A DNA stretch of 64,000 bases from positions 32,934 to 96,933 of the forward strand of contig CALWZO010000042.1 in assembly GCA_944386045.1 (NCBI GenBank), written 5' to 3'. Both the position numbers and the translations under genes were made by a program. The notes under the pieces were generated by a model. That model had not been told where the DNA came from and did not search any database. It saw only the letters and a program-made list of their open reading frames with translations. Shown here piece by piece: positions 1 to 8,264 of the stretch. The DNA comes from an uncultured Clostridia bacterium. GTDB lineage: Bacteria; Bacillota; Clostridia; Oscillospirales; Ruminococcaceae. Position 1 is the first letter of the stretch; the number at the start of each line of letters is the position of its first letter.

Positions 1-398
1 AGTACGGACAGAACATGACAAATGCCGTGCGCCGTTTCCAGAAACAGTTTGGACTGACCGCTGACGGGGAAATCGGTCAGAACACCTGGAACAAAATAAT
101 AGCTGTTTACAATGGTGTTATAAACTCTTCTCCGCTGAAAGTCAGCACCGCATACACAGGCAAAAACTACGCCAGCGGCTCCCGGGGTGACGAGGTGCGC
201 TCCATTCAGAGTTACCTCAACCGGATAAGCAAGTTTTACTCCTACGGCTGGGCACCTTTGGCAGTAGACGGTGTGTTCGGCCGGTCAACCAAACAGGTTG
301 TGCGCCTGTTCCAGACAAAATATCAGCTGACTGCTGACGGTGTTGTGGGACGCGACACATGGAGCAAACTGACCAACGGTTTCAACGAGGTTGTATAA
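1..398 (+). CDS. 3' fragment of a cell-wall-associated protein ending in two PG_binding_1-type peptidoglycan-binding repeats (5' end outside window)
   Basis: Frame is open from the window edge to TAA 396-398. Two copies of the LTADGxxGxxTWxK-type motif: RRFQKQFGLTADGEIGQNTWNKI and RLFQTKYQLTADGVVGRDTWSKL. Confidence 0.7.
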   Translation, partial: YGQNMTNAVRRFQKQFGLTADGEIGQNTWNKIIAVYNGVINSSPLKVSTAYTGKNYASGSRGDEVRSIQSYLNRISKFYSYGWAPLAVDGVFGRSTKQVVRLFQTKYQLTADGVVGRDTWSKLTNGFNEVV

Positions 399-415
399 AT
401 TAAACATAAAACATC

Positions 416-450
416 AAAAGCGGGCAGCAAACCGGCTGCCCGCTTTCATT
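416..450. terminator. bidirectional intrinsic terminator between the PG-binding gene and hom
   Basis: GCGGGCAGC/GCTGCCCGC stem flanked by an A-run and a T-run. Confidence 0.8.
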
Positions 451-457
451 TATTATA

Positions 458-1645
458 TCAGAATACTTTCAAAACCGCTTTCACGCTGTAACCCGACAGC
501 TTTTCTTCCAGCTCCCGGCCGCATATATCCGCTGTTATCATGGCGGTTTCACTGCCGGAGTGCAAAACCTGTGCACCTTCAAAATCTGCCCGGAGTTTAT
601 CGGCGTCTGCTTCAACACGCAGATAGTAACGCATCGGTACCTGCCGCACATCTGCCAGGAAACCTTCCTTCGGGCCGTTCCAACCTTCATAAGCCGGGCC
701 GCCGGCAGTAACACATTCGCATATATCATTTACCACCGCACTGGCTGTAGGCAGGCTGCCGGCACCGCGGCCGTAAAAAGCCATTGTGCCTGCATTGTCT
801 GTTTCCACCTGAACCGAATTGAAAACATCATCCGTTGCACCTATCACACCTTTGTCCAGAACGGCAAAAGGCGCTACCGTAACCATCAGTTTTTCTCCTG
901 CTTTTCTGGCCACTCCCAGCAGTTTTACACAGCCGCCGTGTTTTTTCAGTATGTTTACATCTTCTATATGTACACTCCTGATGCCTTCCACAGCAACATC
1001 TTCCGGATACACATGATTTTTGAATATAATATCTGAAAGAATACAAATTTTACGGCAGGTATCTATGCCGTCCACATCAGCTGACGGGTCTGCCTCGGCA
1101 TAGCCCAGTTCCTGCGCCTGTTTCAGTGCCCGGTCAAAGCTCATACCCTCGTCTATCATTTTTGTAAGGATATAGTTTGTTGTGCCGTTCAGTATTCCGG
1201 CTACGGCATATACGCTATTGGCTTTCAGACAGTTGCGCACAGCGTGTATCACCGGGACGGCACCTCCAACGGCCGCTTCAAACATAAAATTAACGCCTTT
1301 TTCCTTCGCCAGTTCCATAAGCCGCCGGCCGTGCTGCGCCACCAGTTCTTTGTTGCTGGTCACCACGCTTTTGCCTTTGTTCAGTGCCCTTGTCACATAA
1401 TCCAGTGCCGGGTTTATGCCGCCCATGGCTTCCACCACTATCCGGACATCCTCATCATTTTCTATAACGGAAAAATCGTAAACAAATTTTTCTTTGTAGT
1501 CCACATCGTAGTCATGGCGCACCAGCACATACTTCAGCGCCACATCCTGCCCGGTTACCCGTTTCAGCTGACTTGCCTTTTCATTCAGCACAGCCGCCGT
1601 TCCGCTGCCTACCACGCCATGTCCCAAAAGAGCTATATTGATCAT
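458..1645 (-). CDS. hom: homoserine dehydrogenase
   Basis: N-terminal NAD fold INIALLGHGVVGSG, typical Hom core and C-terminal ACT-like region. ATG 1645 lies 5 nt after GGAGG, and the longer ORF to 1705 has no SD. Confidence 0.9.
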   Translation of the reverse strand: MINIALLGHGVVGSGTAAVLNEKASQLKRVTGQDVALKYVLVRHDYDVDYKEKFVYDFSVIENDEDVRIVVEAMGGINPALDYVTRALNKGKSVVTSNKELVAQHGRRLMELAKEKGVNFMFEAAVGGAVPVIHAVRNCLKANSVYAVAGILNGTTNYILTKMIDEGMSFDRALKQAQELGYAEADPSADVDGIDTCRKICILSDIIFKNHVYPEDVAVEGIRSVHIEDVNILKKHGGCVKLLGVARKAGEKLMVTVAPFAVLDKGVIGATDDVFNSVQVETDNAGTMAFYGRGAGSLPTASAVVNDICECVTAGGPAYEGWNGPKEGFLADVRQVPMRYYLRVEADADKLRADFEGAQVLHSGSETAMITADICGRELEEKLSGYSVKAVLKVF

Positions 1646-1711
1646 ATAAGCCTCCAGCAGTATTTTTTTTATAATACTATCACAGGCCGGCAATTTTATC
1701 AACACCGCCGG

Positions 1712-2560
1712 TTATTTCATGCGGAATATTACAGGTTTTACATCGGCACTTATGGCGGCAAATGTCCAGCCGTCCTCTTTCAGGTGGGTTATTATCCTGT
1801 CCAGTGCCTGTACTGTGGTCTTTTTATCTATGGAGTCATGCATTATTACCACTGCCCTGCTTTTGCCTTTGCAGCCGTTTATGACATTGTTGTATATGGT
1901 GTCGGCGCTCAGCTTGCCGGTGCCGTCAGAGCTTTCCACATTCCAGTCAAAATATACAAACCCCCTGCGGGTCATCTCTGCAACAATATCTTTTCGGGTG
2001 CTTGCATTGTAATTGTTCACACTTCCCCCCGGAAAGCGGAAAACTGCCGGCTGTACCCCGATGTTCTCGTAAACAAAATCGTAACACCGCTGAAAATCCC
2101 GCAGGTAAGCGTCTACGCTTTCATAGATTTCCCTGTATTTGTGGCTGGCTGAATGTATGCCTATTGTATGGCCTTTCCGTGCAGTCATTTTCATATATTC
2201 TGTATATTTTTCGTTTTTGATAACAAAAAAAGTGGCTTTTACATCGTGTTTTTCCAGTATCTCCAGAATTTCCTCTGTTCTGGGGCTGGGGCCGTCGTCA
2301 AATGTAAGATAAACTGTTTTCACTTCATTTTTCTCCTCCAGGCTTTCCCCGGACTGCACCGCCTTGGTGACTTCTTCAATATGCGGAGAGTACTGCCGGC
2401 AGTACAGCCGCGGATAATCCAGCTGGTATTCCAGCATATTTATGGTATCCTGAAAGCTTTGCCCGTCTGTGGTATCATCTTTGGCGGCAAACATAATACA
2501 TACGGCCGCCAGTGTCAGATATACAGCCATAACGGCCATTCTTTTCTTCACGCCTATCAC
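1712..2560 (-). CDS. polysaccharide (peptidoglycan GlcNAc-type) deacetylase, NodB domain, N-terminal membrane anchor
   Basis: NodB motifs TFDDGP and IGIHSASH, plus a hydrophobic N-terminus. The start is ambiguous: GTG 2560, or GTG 2551 which has better spacing from AGAGG. Confidence 0.8.
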   Translation of the reverse strand: MIGVKKRMAVMAVYLTLAAVCIMFAAKDDTTDGQSFQDTINMLEYQLDYPRLYCRQYSPHIEEVTKAVQSGESLEEKNEVKTVYLTFDDGPSPRTEEILEILEKHDVKATFFVIKNEKYTEYMKMTARKGHTIGIHSASHKYREIYESVDAYLRDFQRCYDFVYENIGVQPAVFRFPGGSVNNYNASTRKDIVAEMTRRGFVYFDWNVESSDGTGKLSADTIYNNVINGCKGKSRAVVIMHDSIDKKTTVQALDRIITHLKEDGWTFAAISADVKPVIFRMK

Positions 2561-2608
2561 CTCTTGTTCAATATTATTCCGCCTGATGTTTTATTATTCA
2601 AAATATCT

Positions 2609-2637
2609 TTGCAAGGGTCAGGAAAATGTTGTATAAT
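2609..2637 (+). promoter_or_regulatory. sigma-A promoter of xpt (TTGCAA-17-TATAAT)
   Basis: Hexamers and 17-nt spacer read directly. About 27 nt upstream of the xpt ATG. Confidence 0.6.
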
Positions 2638-2664
2638 GTAAAAAAGCATATATGAGGGTAATTT

Positions 2665-3240
2665 ATGGAACTGTTGGAAAAAAGAATTTTACAGGACGGC
2701 ACCGTCAAAGAGGGCAATATTTTAAAGGTGGACAGCTTTTTGAACCATCAGCTGGATGTGGAACTGCTCAATGAAATAGGCAAAGAGTTCAAACGCCTGT
2801 TTGCGGACAAAAAAATAACCAAAATACTTACAATCGAAGCTTCCGGCATAGCCATTGCCAGTGTGGCCGCGCAGTATTTTGGCGTGCCGGTGCTGTTTGC
2901 CAAAAAATCCAAAAGCCAGAACCTGGACGGTGAACTGTACACCAGCGTTGTCCACTCATATACATACGGCAAGGATTACACAATTACCGTTGCCAAAAAA
3001 TTTCTTTCACCCCGGGAACATATATTGATAATAGATGATTTTCTGGCGGTGGGCAAAGCTCTTAACGGACTGCTGGACATTGCCGCACAGGCCGGCGCCA
3101 CAGTGGAAGGTATCGGCATTGTTGTGGAAAAAGGTTTCCAGGAGGGCGGCAAAAACCTGCGCCGGCAAGGATACAACCTGCACAGCCTGGCAATTGTTGA
3201 CAGCATGGAAAACGGAAAACTGGTGTTCAGGAAACAGTGA
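2665..3240 (+). CDS. xpt: xanthine phosphoribosyltransferase
   Basis: [32 protein letters not shown]-terminus typical of Xpt. PRPP loop [20 protein letters not shown]. Confidence 0.9.
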   Translation: MELLEKRILQDGTVKEGNILKVDSFLNHQLDVELLNEIGKEFKRLFADKKITKILTIEASGIAIASVAAQYFGVPVLFAKKSKSQNLDGELYTSVVHSYTYGKDYTITVAKKFLSPREHILIIDDFLAVGKALNGLLDIAAQAGATVEGIGIVVEKGFQEGGKNLRRQGYNLHSLAIVDSMENGKLVFRKQ

Positions 3241-3288
3241 TCAAACCCGCAGGGTTAAAATATTTTATTTTGCGCAAGGAGGCAATTT

Positions 3289-4080
3289 ATGAAAGTATTA
3301 TTTTTGGGAAACAGCCACACATTTTACAATGATATGCCGCAGATTTTTGCTGATATATGCAAGGAAAAAGGCAAAGATGTGCAGGTTGCAATGCAGGCCC
3401 ATCCGGGCGTTACATACGGCTGGCATTATTCACAGCTTACAGAACTGAGATTTGCCCTGATGTGGGGCGGATATGACTACATAGTAATGCAGCAGGCTGC
3501 CCACTCCCCCTGCCCCAGCAAGGAAGAAACACTGGCAGATGCAAAGAAAATAATCGACCTGGCACGAAAATTCAATGTCACACCCATACAGACAATGCCG
3601 TGGGCAGAAAAAAGAGATCCTGACCATCAGAAAGGCATGTATGACATATTCAATACACTCAGCAAAGAATACGGTGTAAAACTGACCTGCGCCGGAAATG
3701 TCTTTGAGGATGTATTCTACAATCATCCGGAAATAAATATGTACTGGCGCGACGGCGAACACGCCTCACCTTACGGCTCCTACACCATAGCCATGGCAGC
3801 TTATGCCGCCATATTCGGCGAAAGCGTACAGGGCCTGGCGCCAAACAGCTATGAAACATACCCGGTAAGCGAACAGGCCTGGCGGAATATCCGGGAGGCC
3901 TTTGCAGCCCTGTCCAAAGACCCCAACAACAAGGAACTGGCAGAAAAAGCCAGGGCTTTGTACAAAGAAAATGTTCATGCAGTTACAGACAAGGAACAGG
4001 CCTTCTGCCCTCTGGATCCCCGGAAAGCAGAAACCTTGCAGAAACTGGTGGACAAATACAACGCCGAAATCAACGGATAG
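3289..4080 (+). CDS. SGNH/GDSL-like hydrolase family protein (function unknown)
   Basis: Block I FLGNSHT and a C-terminal DGEHAS (DxxH-like) block. SD AAGGAGG 7 nt upstream. Confidence 0.5.
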   Translation: MKVLFLGNSHTFYNDMPQIFADICKEKGKDVQVAMQAHPGVTYGWHYSQLTELRFALMWGGYDYIVMQQAAHSPCPSKEETLADAKKIIDLARKFNVTPIQTMPWAEKRDPDHQKGMYDIFNTLSKEYGVKLTCAGNVFEDVFYNHPEINMYWRDGEHASPYGSYTIAMAAYAAIFGESVQGLAPNSYETYPVSEQAWRNIREAFAALSKDPNNKELAEKARALYKENVHAVTDKEQAFCPLDPRKAETLQKLVDKYNAEING

Positions 4081-4113
4081 TTTTTTCGTTGACAAGATAT
4101 TTTTATTCAAATC

Positions 4114-4145
4114 AAAAGCGCAAAGGGTTTCCTTTGCGCTTTTTA
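4114..4145. terminator. bidirectional intrinsic terminator
   Basis: AGCGCAAAGG/CCTTTGCGCT stem with an A-run before and TTTT after. Confidence 0.8.
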
Positions 4146-4340
4146 TTATTCCATCATATCTCTCATATAGCTTTCGCCGGCTTTGGCTATCTTCCGGCCG
4201 GTCTTTTTTACCTTTTTCATGGCCTTTTCTGTCCGGTTTCTGTTTTCACTGACATATACCGCGCCGGCTGTGAGGGCTGCTGCACCTATGGCTGCGCCCA
4301 GCGCCATATTTTTTATTGAATTCATCATTTTGTTTTCCAT
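4146..4340 (-). CDS. small YtxH-like or general-stress-like membrane-associated protein (hypothetical)
   Basis: 64 aa with a Gly/Ala-rich hydrophobic segment (ALGAAIGAAALTAGAV) followed by a Lys-rich helix. AGGAGG lies 8 nt upstream, and the terminator abuts the stop. Confidence 0.55.
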   Translation of the reverse strand: MENKMMNSIKNMALGAAIGAAALTAGAVYVSENRNRTEKAMKKVKKTGRKIAKAGESYMRDMME

Positions 4341-4532
4341 CTCTTTGACCTCCTTTATTGCTGTTATTATTCTGCCGCTTTTTTTGCCGATTATACCAAA
4401 AAAATCTTAAAAATTATGAACAAACTATTAACAAATTCTTCAGTGCATTTCTCACTTTTAACACAAAATAAATTAAAAAACCTTGATGCAAATGTATAAT
4501 ATAGGCAAATACATAAGTACGAGGCGATAATT

Positions 4533-5108
4533 ATGAAAAGCAAGAAATTTACGGTAAAAGACATAACCACCATAGCGCTGATGGCTGCTCTGGTATTTGT
4601 GGCCACATACATAAAAATAGACATTCCCACACCTTTGGGCAAAACCATGGTCCACTGCGGAAATGTGATATGTGTTTTGGCCGGGCTGTTGTTCGGCGGC
4701 CTGTACGGCGGACTGTCCGCAGGCATAGGCAGTGCGATATTTGACCTGACCGACCCCATATTTGCGCCGGAATTCTGGATAACATTCATAATGAAATTTC
4801 TTATGGCATACCTGGCCGGCAAAATCGCCCACAGCGGACAGAAGATGACCCAGGGCAAAATTGTGGCTGCTTCAATCGCCGGTATAGTAGGTTATAAAAT
4901 CATATATACCCTTAAAGAGATTATCCTGCACTACTTTATTTTAAAAAGCCCGTGGGAAACTGTTCTCGGCGTAATAGTTTCCACAAATCTTATCAGCATC
5001 ATCAGCATGGTGTTGAATATAATTGCTTCCATCCTGCTGTATAACCTGCTGGCTGCCCCCCTTAAACGCGCAGGTATAATAAAAAATTATGCAGCCGCTA
5101 AAAAATAG
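4533..5108 (+). CDS. ECF transporter substrate-specific (S) component, possibly vitamin B6-related by context
   Basis: About 6 TM helices with an S-component-like N-terminus (ITTIALMAALVFVATYIKIDIP). No EcfAA'T genes nearby, so group II. It lies next to pdxK. Confidence 0.7.
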   Translation: MKSKKFTVKDITTIALMAALVFVATYIKIDIPTPLGKTMVHCGNVICVLAGLLFGGLYGGLSAGIGSAIFDLTDPIFAPEFWITFIMKFLMAYLAGKIAHSGQKMTQGKIVAASIAGIVGYKIIYTLKEIILHYFILKSPWETVLGVIVSTNLISIISMVLNIIASILLYNLLAAPLKRAGIIKNYAAAKK

Positions 5109-5120
5109 AACTTCATACTG

Positions 5121-5146
5121 AAAGCCGGCAAAGGCCGGCTTTCGGT
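5121..5146 (+). terminator. intrinsic terminator after the ECF S gene
   Basis: AGCCGGC/GCCGGCT stem with an interrupted T-tract. Confidence 0.5.
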
Positions 5147-5151
5147 CTGTC

Positions 5152-5180
5152 TTGACTAACTTTTTACTTTAAGGTATTAT
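5152..5180 (+). promoter_or_regulatory. sigma-A promoter of pdxK (TTGACT-17-TATTAT)
   Basis: Read directly. It follows the terminator of the ECF S gene. Confidence 0.55.
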
Positions 5181-5254
5181 TATTTAAGTGTAATTTCGTG
5201 TATAAATATATCAGTATAAGAAAGATCAACAATATTTTTAGCAAGAGGTAAATT

Positions 5255-6073
5255 ATGACACCGAAAAAAGCATTGTGCATACATGACATGTCCACTGTGG
5301 GAAGGTGCAGCCTGGCTGTGATAACACCGGTTATATCCTCCCTGGGAATTCAGGCAGTCAGCCTGCCGACAGCCGTACTGTCAACCCATTTTGGCGGCTT
5401 TGGTCCGGTAGCTATGGAAGACCTGACAGATTTTTGCCGCAGAACATTGGAGCATTACAGGACAATCGGGCTGTCATTTGACTGTGTTTACAGCGGCTTT
5501 TTGTCATCTGCACAACAGATGGAGCTGGTGCGCCAGGCTTTTGAGATGGCTGACGGCGGAATAAAGCTGTGTGACCCCGTAATGGCAGACCACGGCAAGC
5601 TGTACTCCTCCATAACCGAAGATCTGGTACAGGGTTTCAAGGAGCTGTGCCGGCACAGCGACATAATAACCCCCAACCCCACAGAAGCGCTGATATTGCT
5701 GGACGAAGACTGCACCAAAAGTGTTTTTTCCAGACAGGAAGCCGAAGATATAGCCAGGCGCCTGGCTGATAAGTATTCCGATGTAGTCATCACAGGCACC
5801 AAGCTGGAGGACGGCAGCACCGTATGCGTGGGCTATGAGAAAAAGCGGCAGCAGATATTTTTTACAGAACTGAACTATCTGCCGGTTTCATACCCCGGCA
5901 CCGGCGACCTGTTCGGCGCATGCCTGGCCGGATATATGATGAACGGCCACAGCCTGCAAGCTGCCTGCGAAAAATCGGCAAGATTTATTGAAAAATGTGT
6001 GGCTTACACTTTCGAGGCAGGCACCCCCACAAAGTACGGCGTTCATCTGGAACCGATGCTTAAATATCTTTAA
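5255..6073 (+). CDS. pdxK: pyridoxal/pyridoxine/pyridoxamine kinase
   Basis: N-terminus ALCIHDMSTVGRCSLAVITPVISSLGIQA and C-terminal GTGDLF motif of the ribokinase-like PdxK/PdxY family. Confidence 0.85.
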   Translation: MTPKKALCIHDMSTVGRCSLAVITPVISSLGIQAVSLPTAVLSTHFGGFGPVAMEDLTDFCRRTLEHYRTIGLSFDCVYSGFLSSAQQMELVRQAFEMADGGIKLCDPVMADHGKLYSSITEDLVQGFKELCRHSDIITPNPTEALILLDEDCTKSVFSRQEAEDIARRLADKYSDVVITGTKLEDGSTVCVGYEKKRQQIFFTELNYLPVSYPGTGDLFGACLAGYMMNGHSLQAACEKSARFIEKCVAYTFEAGTPTKYGVHLEPMLKYL

Positions 6074-6093
6074 TTTCAGGAAAGCGCAGATTT

Positions 6094-6594
6094 ATGAAAA
6101 GTATAAATATAGTTCTTTTTCAGCCGCAGATACCGCAGAACACCGGCAATATTGCCAGGACCTGTGCGGCTACCGGAGCTCACCTTCATCTGGTGGGGCC
6201 GTTGGGCTTTGTGCTGGACGACAAAAAGTTAAAACGCGCAGGGCTTGACTATTGGGACAAACTTAGTGTAAAATATTATGACAGTATCCGGGAGTTTTAC
6301 CGGAAAAACCCTGACGGTAAATTTTATTATTTCACCACAAAGGGGCAAAATAAATACACAGATGTGACCTACCCCGACAACTGCTATATAGTTTTCGGAC
6401 GAGAGGACAAAGGCATAGACGAGGAAATTTTGTTTCACAACAAAGAAACCTGTCTGCGTATGCCTATGCTGCCGCACCTGCGCAGCCTGAACCTTTCCAA
6501 CACTGTTGCCATAGCTACCTATGAAATATTGCGACAGTGGGATTTTGAAGGGTTCGAGGTCAGCGGTCACCTGACAAAATATGATTGGGAGTAA
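6094..6594 (+). CDS. trmL: tRNA (cytidine/uridine-34 2'-O)-methyltransferase, SpoU/TrmL family
   Basis: INIVLFQPQIPQNTGNIARTCAATG and a C-terminal SLNLSNTVAI knot motif. 166 aa. Confidence 0.85.
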   Translation: MKSINIVLFQPQIPQNTGNIARTCAATGAHLHLVGPLGFVLDDKKLKRAGLDYWDKLSVKYYDSIREFYRKNPDGKFYYFTTKGQNKYTDVTYPDNCYIVFGREDKGIDEEILFHNKETCLRMPMLPHLRSLNLSNTVAIATYEILRQWDFEGFEVSGHLTKYDWE

Positions 6595-6600
6595 CATAAA

Positions 6601-7455
6601 TTGAGTAATATAAAAATAGTCACCGACTCAGGATGTGACATCCCGTTGAAAACAAAGCTGAAGAATGTGGAAATTCTGAGCTTTTTTATCAATGTGGACG
6701 GCAAAACTTATGAAGAACGAAAGGACATATCTTTCCGCGAATATTACAAAGTGCTGGAAACATGTGCCAAAATTCCTACCACTGCCCATATAACAATGAT
6801 GCGCTACGGCGAGAAGTTTGAAACGCTGATGCGACAAGGGGCTACGGATATCATAGTGGTTACCATAAACAAAGGCGCCAGCGCCACATACGATGCTGCC
6901 GTTATGGCAAAACAGATGTTTATGGAAGAAAACCCGGACTGCAATGTAAACATCCATATAATAGACAGCGGATGTTATTCCATGGCTTACGGATGGCCCA
7001 TAATGCAGTGCGATAAAATGATAGAAGACGGCGTCGGCGTACAGCAGATTATCAGCTTTCTGAATTCCAAATTTGAAAAAGCTGAAATACTGCTTTCGGC
7101 ATATACCCTGCGATTTATGAAAAAATCCGGCAGGATTTCGGCGGCCGCTGCCTTTGCCGGCGAGGTTATGGGGCTGAAACCCATAATAACCATGAAGCAC
7201 GGCGATACAGAAGTGGTTCAGAAGGTCCGTGGGGACAAAGCGGTTATTCCCGCTATTGTACAGCAGTTCAAAAAACGCCACGGCGAAGAAAAAAATTATA
7301 TAATAGGATATACAGACGAAGAATACGGTAAAGAGCTGTATTCAGCCTGTGTAAAGGAAATTGGTTATCCTCCTGTCCTGTCCTTTGAACTGGGCAGCGC
7401 GGTGGCAACCAACGCCGGCAACCATTGTGTTGCCATAGCTTACACGGGCCAGTAA
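6601..7455 (+). CDS. DegV family fatty-acid-binding protein (paralog 1)
   Basis: IKIVTDSGCDIP N-terminus and DegV-type length. TTG start 9 nt after GGGAG. Confidence 0.85.
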   Translation: MSNIKIVTDSGCDIPLKTKLKNVEILSFFINVDGKTYEERKDISFREYYKVLETCAKIPTTAHITMMRYGEKFETLMRQGATDIIVVTINKGASATYDAAVMAKQMFMEENPDCNVNIHIIDSGCYSMAYGWPIMQCDKMIEDGVGVQQIISFLNSKFEKAEILLSAYTLRFMKKSGRISAAAAFAGEVMGLKPIITMKHGDTEVVQKVRGDKAVIPAIVQQFKKRHGEEKNYIIGYTDEEYGKELYSACVKEIGYPPVLSFELGSAVATNAGNHCVAIAYTGQ

Positions 7456-7459
7456 CGAT

Positions 7460-7488
7460 CGCGAAAGACTTCGAGCTTTTCTTTCGCG
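7460..7488 (+). other. GC-rich stem-loop (9-bp stem CGCGAAAGA/TCTTTCGCG) directly after the degV stop, with no U-tract
   Basis: Perfect 9-bp inverted repeat read from the sequence. The real terminator follows at 7521-7566. Confidence 0.5.
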
Positions 7489-7520
7489 CGACTCCAAAGC
7501 TTTTCAAACTATAAAACATA

Positions 7521-7566
7521 AAGTACGGTTAGAATTGCTTGCGGTTCTTGCCGTACTTTTTATTTT
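7521..7566 (+). terminator. intrinsic terminator after degV
   Basis: AAGTACGG...CCGTACTT long hairpin followed by TTTTATTTT. Confidence 0.75.
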
Positions 7567-7574
7567 GGTATAAT
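7566..7574 (+). promoter_or_regulatory. extended -10 promoter of queT (TGgTATAAT)
   Basis: TG-n-TATAAT about 50 nt upstream of the queT ATG. Confidence 0.5.
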
Positions 7575-7623
7575 CGGTTTACCCGGTTTACATAGATTAT
7601 ATTTAAAAAAGAGGTTAATAGAA

Positions 7624-8148
7624 ATGAAAAAATCAAGTATTATTGCCAAACAGGCCATGATTGCGGCCATGTACACAGTTGTGGGCCTTGTTCTGGCCCC
7701 GATAACTTTCGGCACCGTTCAGGCCAGGGTAAGTGAAGCGCTGACCCTTATGCCGGTATTCGGCATCGCCAATATCTGGGGTGTAACCATCGGATGTTTC
7801 CTGACAAACCTTATCGGATTTTTCACAGGCGCCAACATCCTGGGTTCACTGGACATAATTTTCGGAACACTGGCCACATTTGCCGCCGCCCTGGCTTCTT
7901 ACCGGCTGAGAAATATCCGTTTCAAAGGCTTGCCGGTAGCCTCCGCCATACCTCCCATCATTTTCAATGCCGTTGTTGTGGGCATGGAACTTTGTGTGAT
8001 GATCAGCGGCGGATTCAACATGCCTGTGTTTATCGCCCAGGCCATATCTGTAGGGCTGGGACAGACAGTCAGCTGCCTTGTACTGGGTCTTATACTGGTA
8101 AAAGTTATACAGTCAAATCCCAGACTGAAAGAGATTGTTGAAGGATAA
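7624..8148 (+). CDS. queT: queuosine-precursor transporter QueT (ECF S-component-like)
   Basis: AAMYTVVGLVLAPITFGTVQARVSEALTLMP matches the QueT/COG4708 signature as I remember it. About 5-6 TM helices. SD AAGAGG. Confidence 0.8.
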   Translation: MKKSSIIAKQAMIAAMYTVVGLVLAPITFGTVQARVSEALTLMPVFGIANIWGVTIGCFLTNLIGFFTGANILGSLDIIFGTLATFAAALASYRLRNIRFKGLPVASAIPPIIFNAVVVGMELCVMISGGFNMPVFIAQAISVGLGQTVSCLVLGLILVKVIQSNPRLKEIVEG

Positions 8149-8264
8149 TATTGTAAATTTATACAATTTTTCAAAAATTTTTTCATTATAAATTACCATA
8201 ACAGCTCCCATAAAACTGATGATGTAATAATAGCATATATATTTATATCATCAGGGGGAGTAAA

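Noticed and set aside
391-711. The track contains several 60-160-aa ORFs (for example 391-711, 538-729, 560-1036, 4391-4858, 10945-11256 and 22787-23092), and N-terminal extensions of real genes (1705, 9916, 14401, 25681, 32071, 39168, 41489, 47217, 47244, 50621, 58767).
   Set aside because: They overlap confidently identified genes, terminators or promoters. They lack SD sequences, whereas the internal starts chosen here each have a GGAGG-like SD 4-9 nt upstream.
2561-2664. A guanine/purine riboswitch was expected upstream of xpt, as in Bacillus.
   Set aside because: The TTGCAA-17-TATAAT promoter leaves only about 27 nt of leader, which is too short for a three-way-junction purine aptamer.
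7567-7623. A preQ1 riboswitch was expected upstream of queT, since QueT/COG4708 genes are often controlled by preQ1-I or preQ1-II.
   Set aside because: The leader after the TGgTATAAT promoter is only about 50 nt. It forms a simple AAUCGG/CCGGUU hairpin at the very 5' end, and the A-rich stretch (AAAAAAGAGG) is separated from it by about 20 nt. I could not fit the preQ1-I P1, A-rich-tail and pseudoknot layout, or the longer preQ1-II fold. A covariance-model scan (RF00522, RF01054, RF02680) would settle it.
8151-8168. The palindrome ATTGTAAATTTATACAAT right after the queT stop, and the CTGATGAT..ATCATCAG inverted repeat (8217-8255) before the GH3 pseudogene, were considered as possible operators.
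   Set aside because: The arms are short (6-8 bp) and sit in very AT-rich DNA. No cognate regulator is adjacent, and this is not distinguishable from chance.
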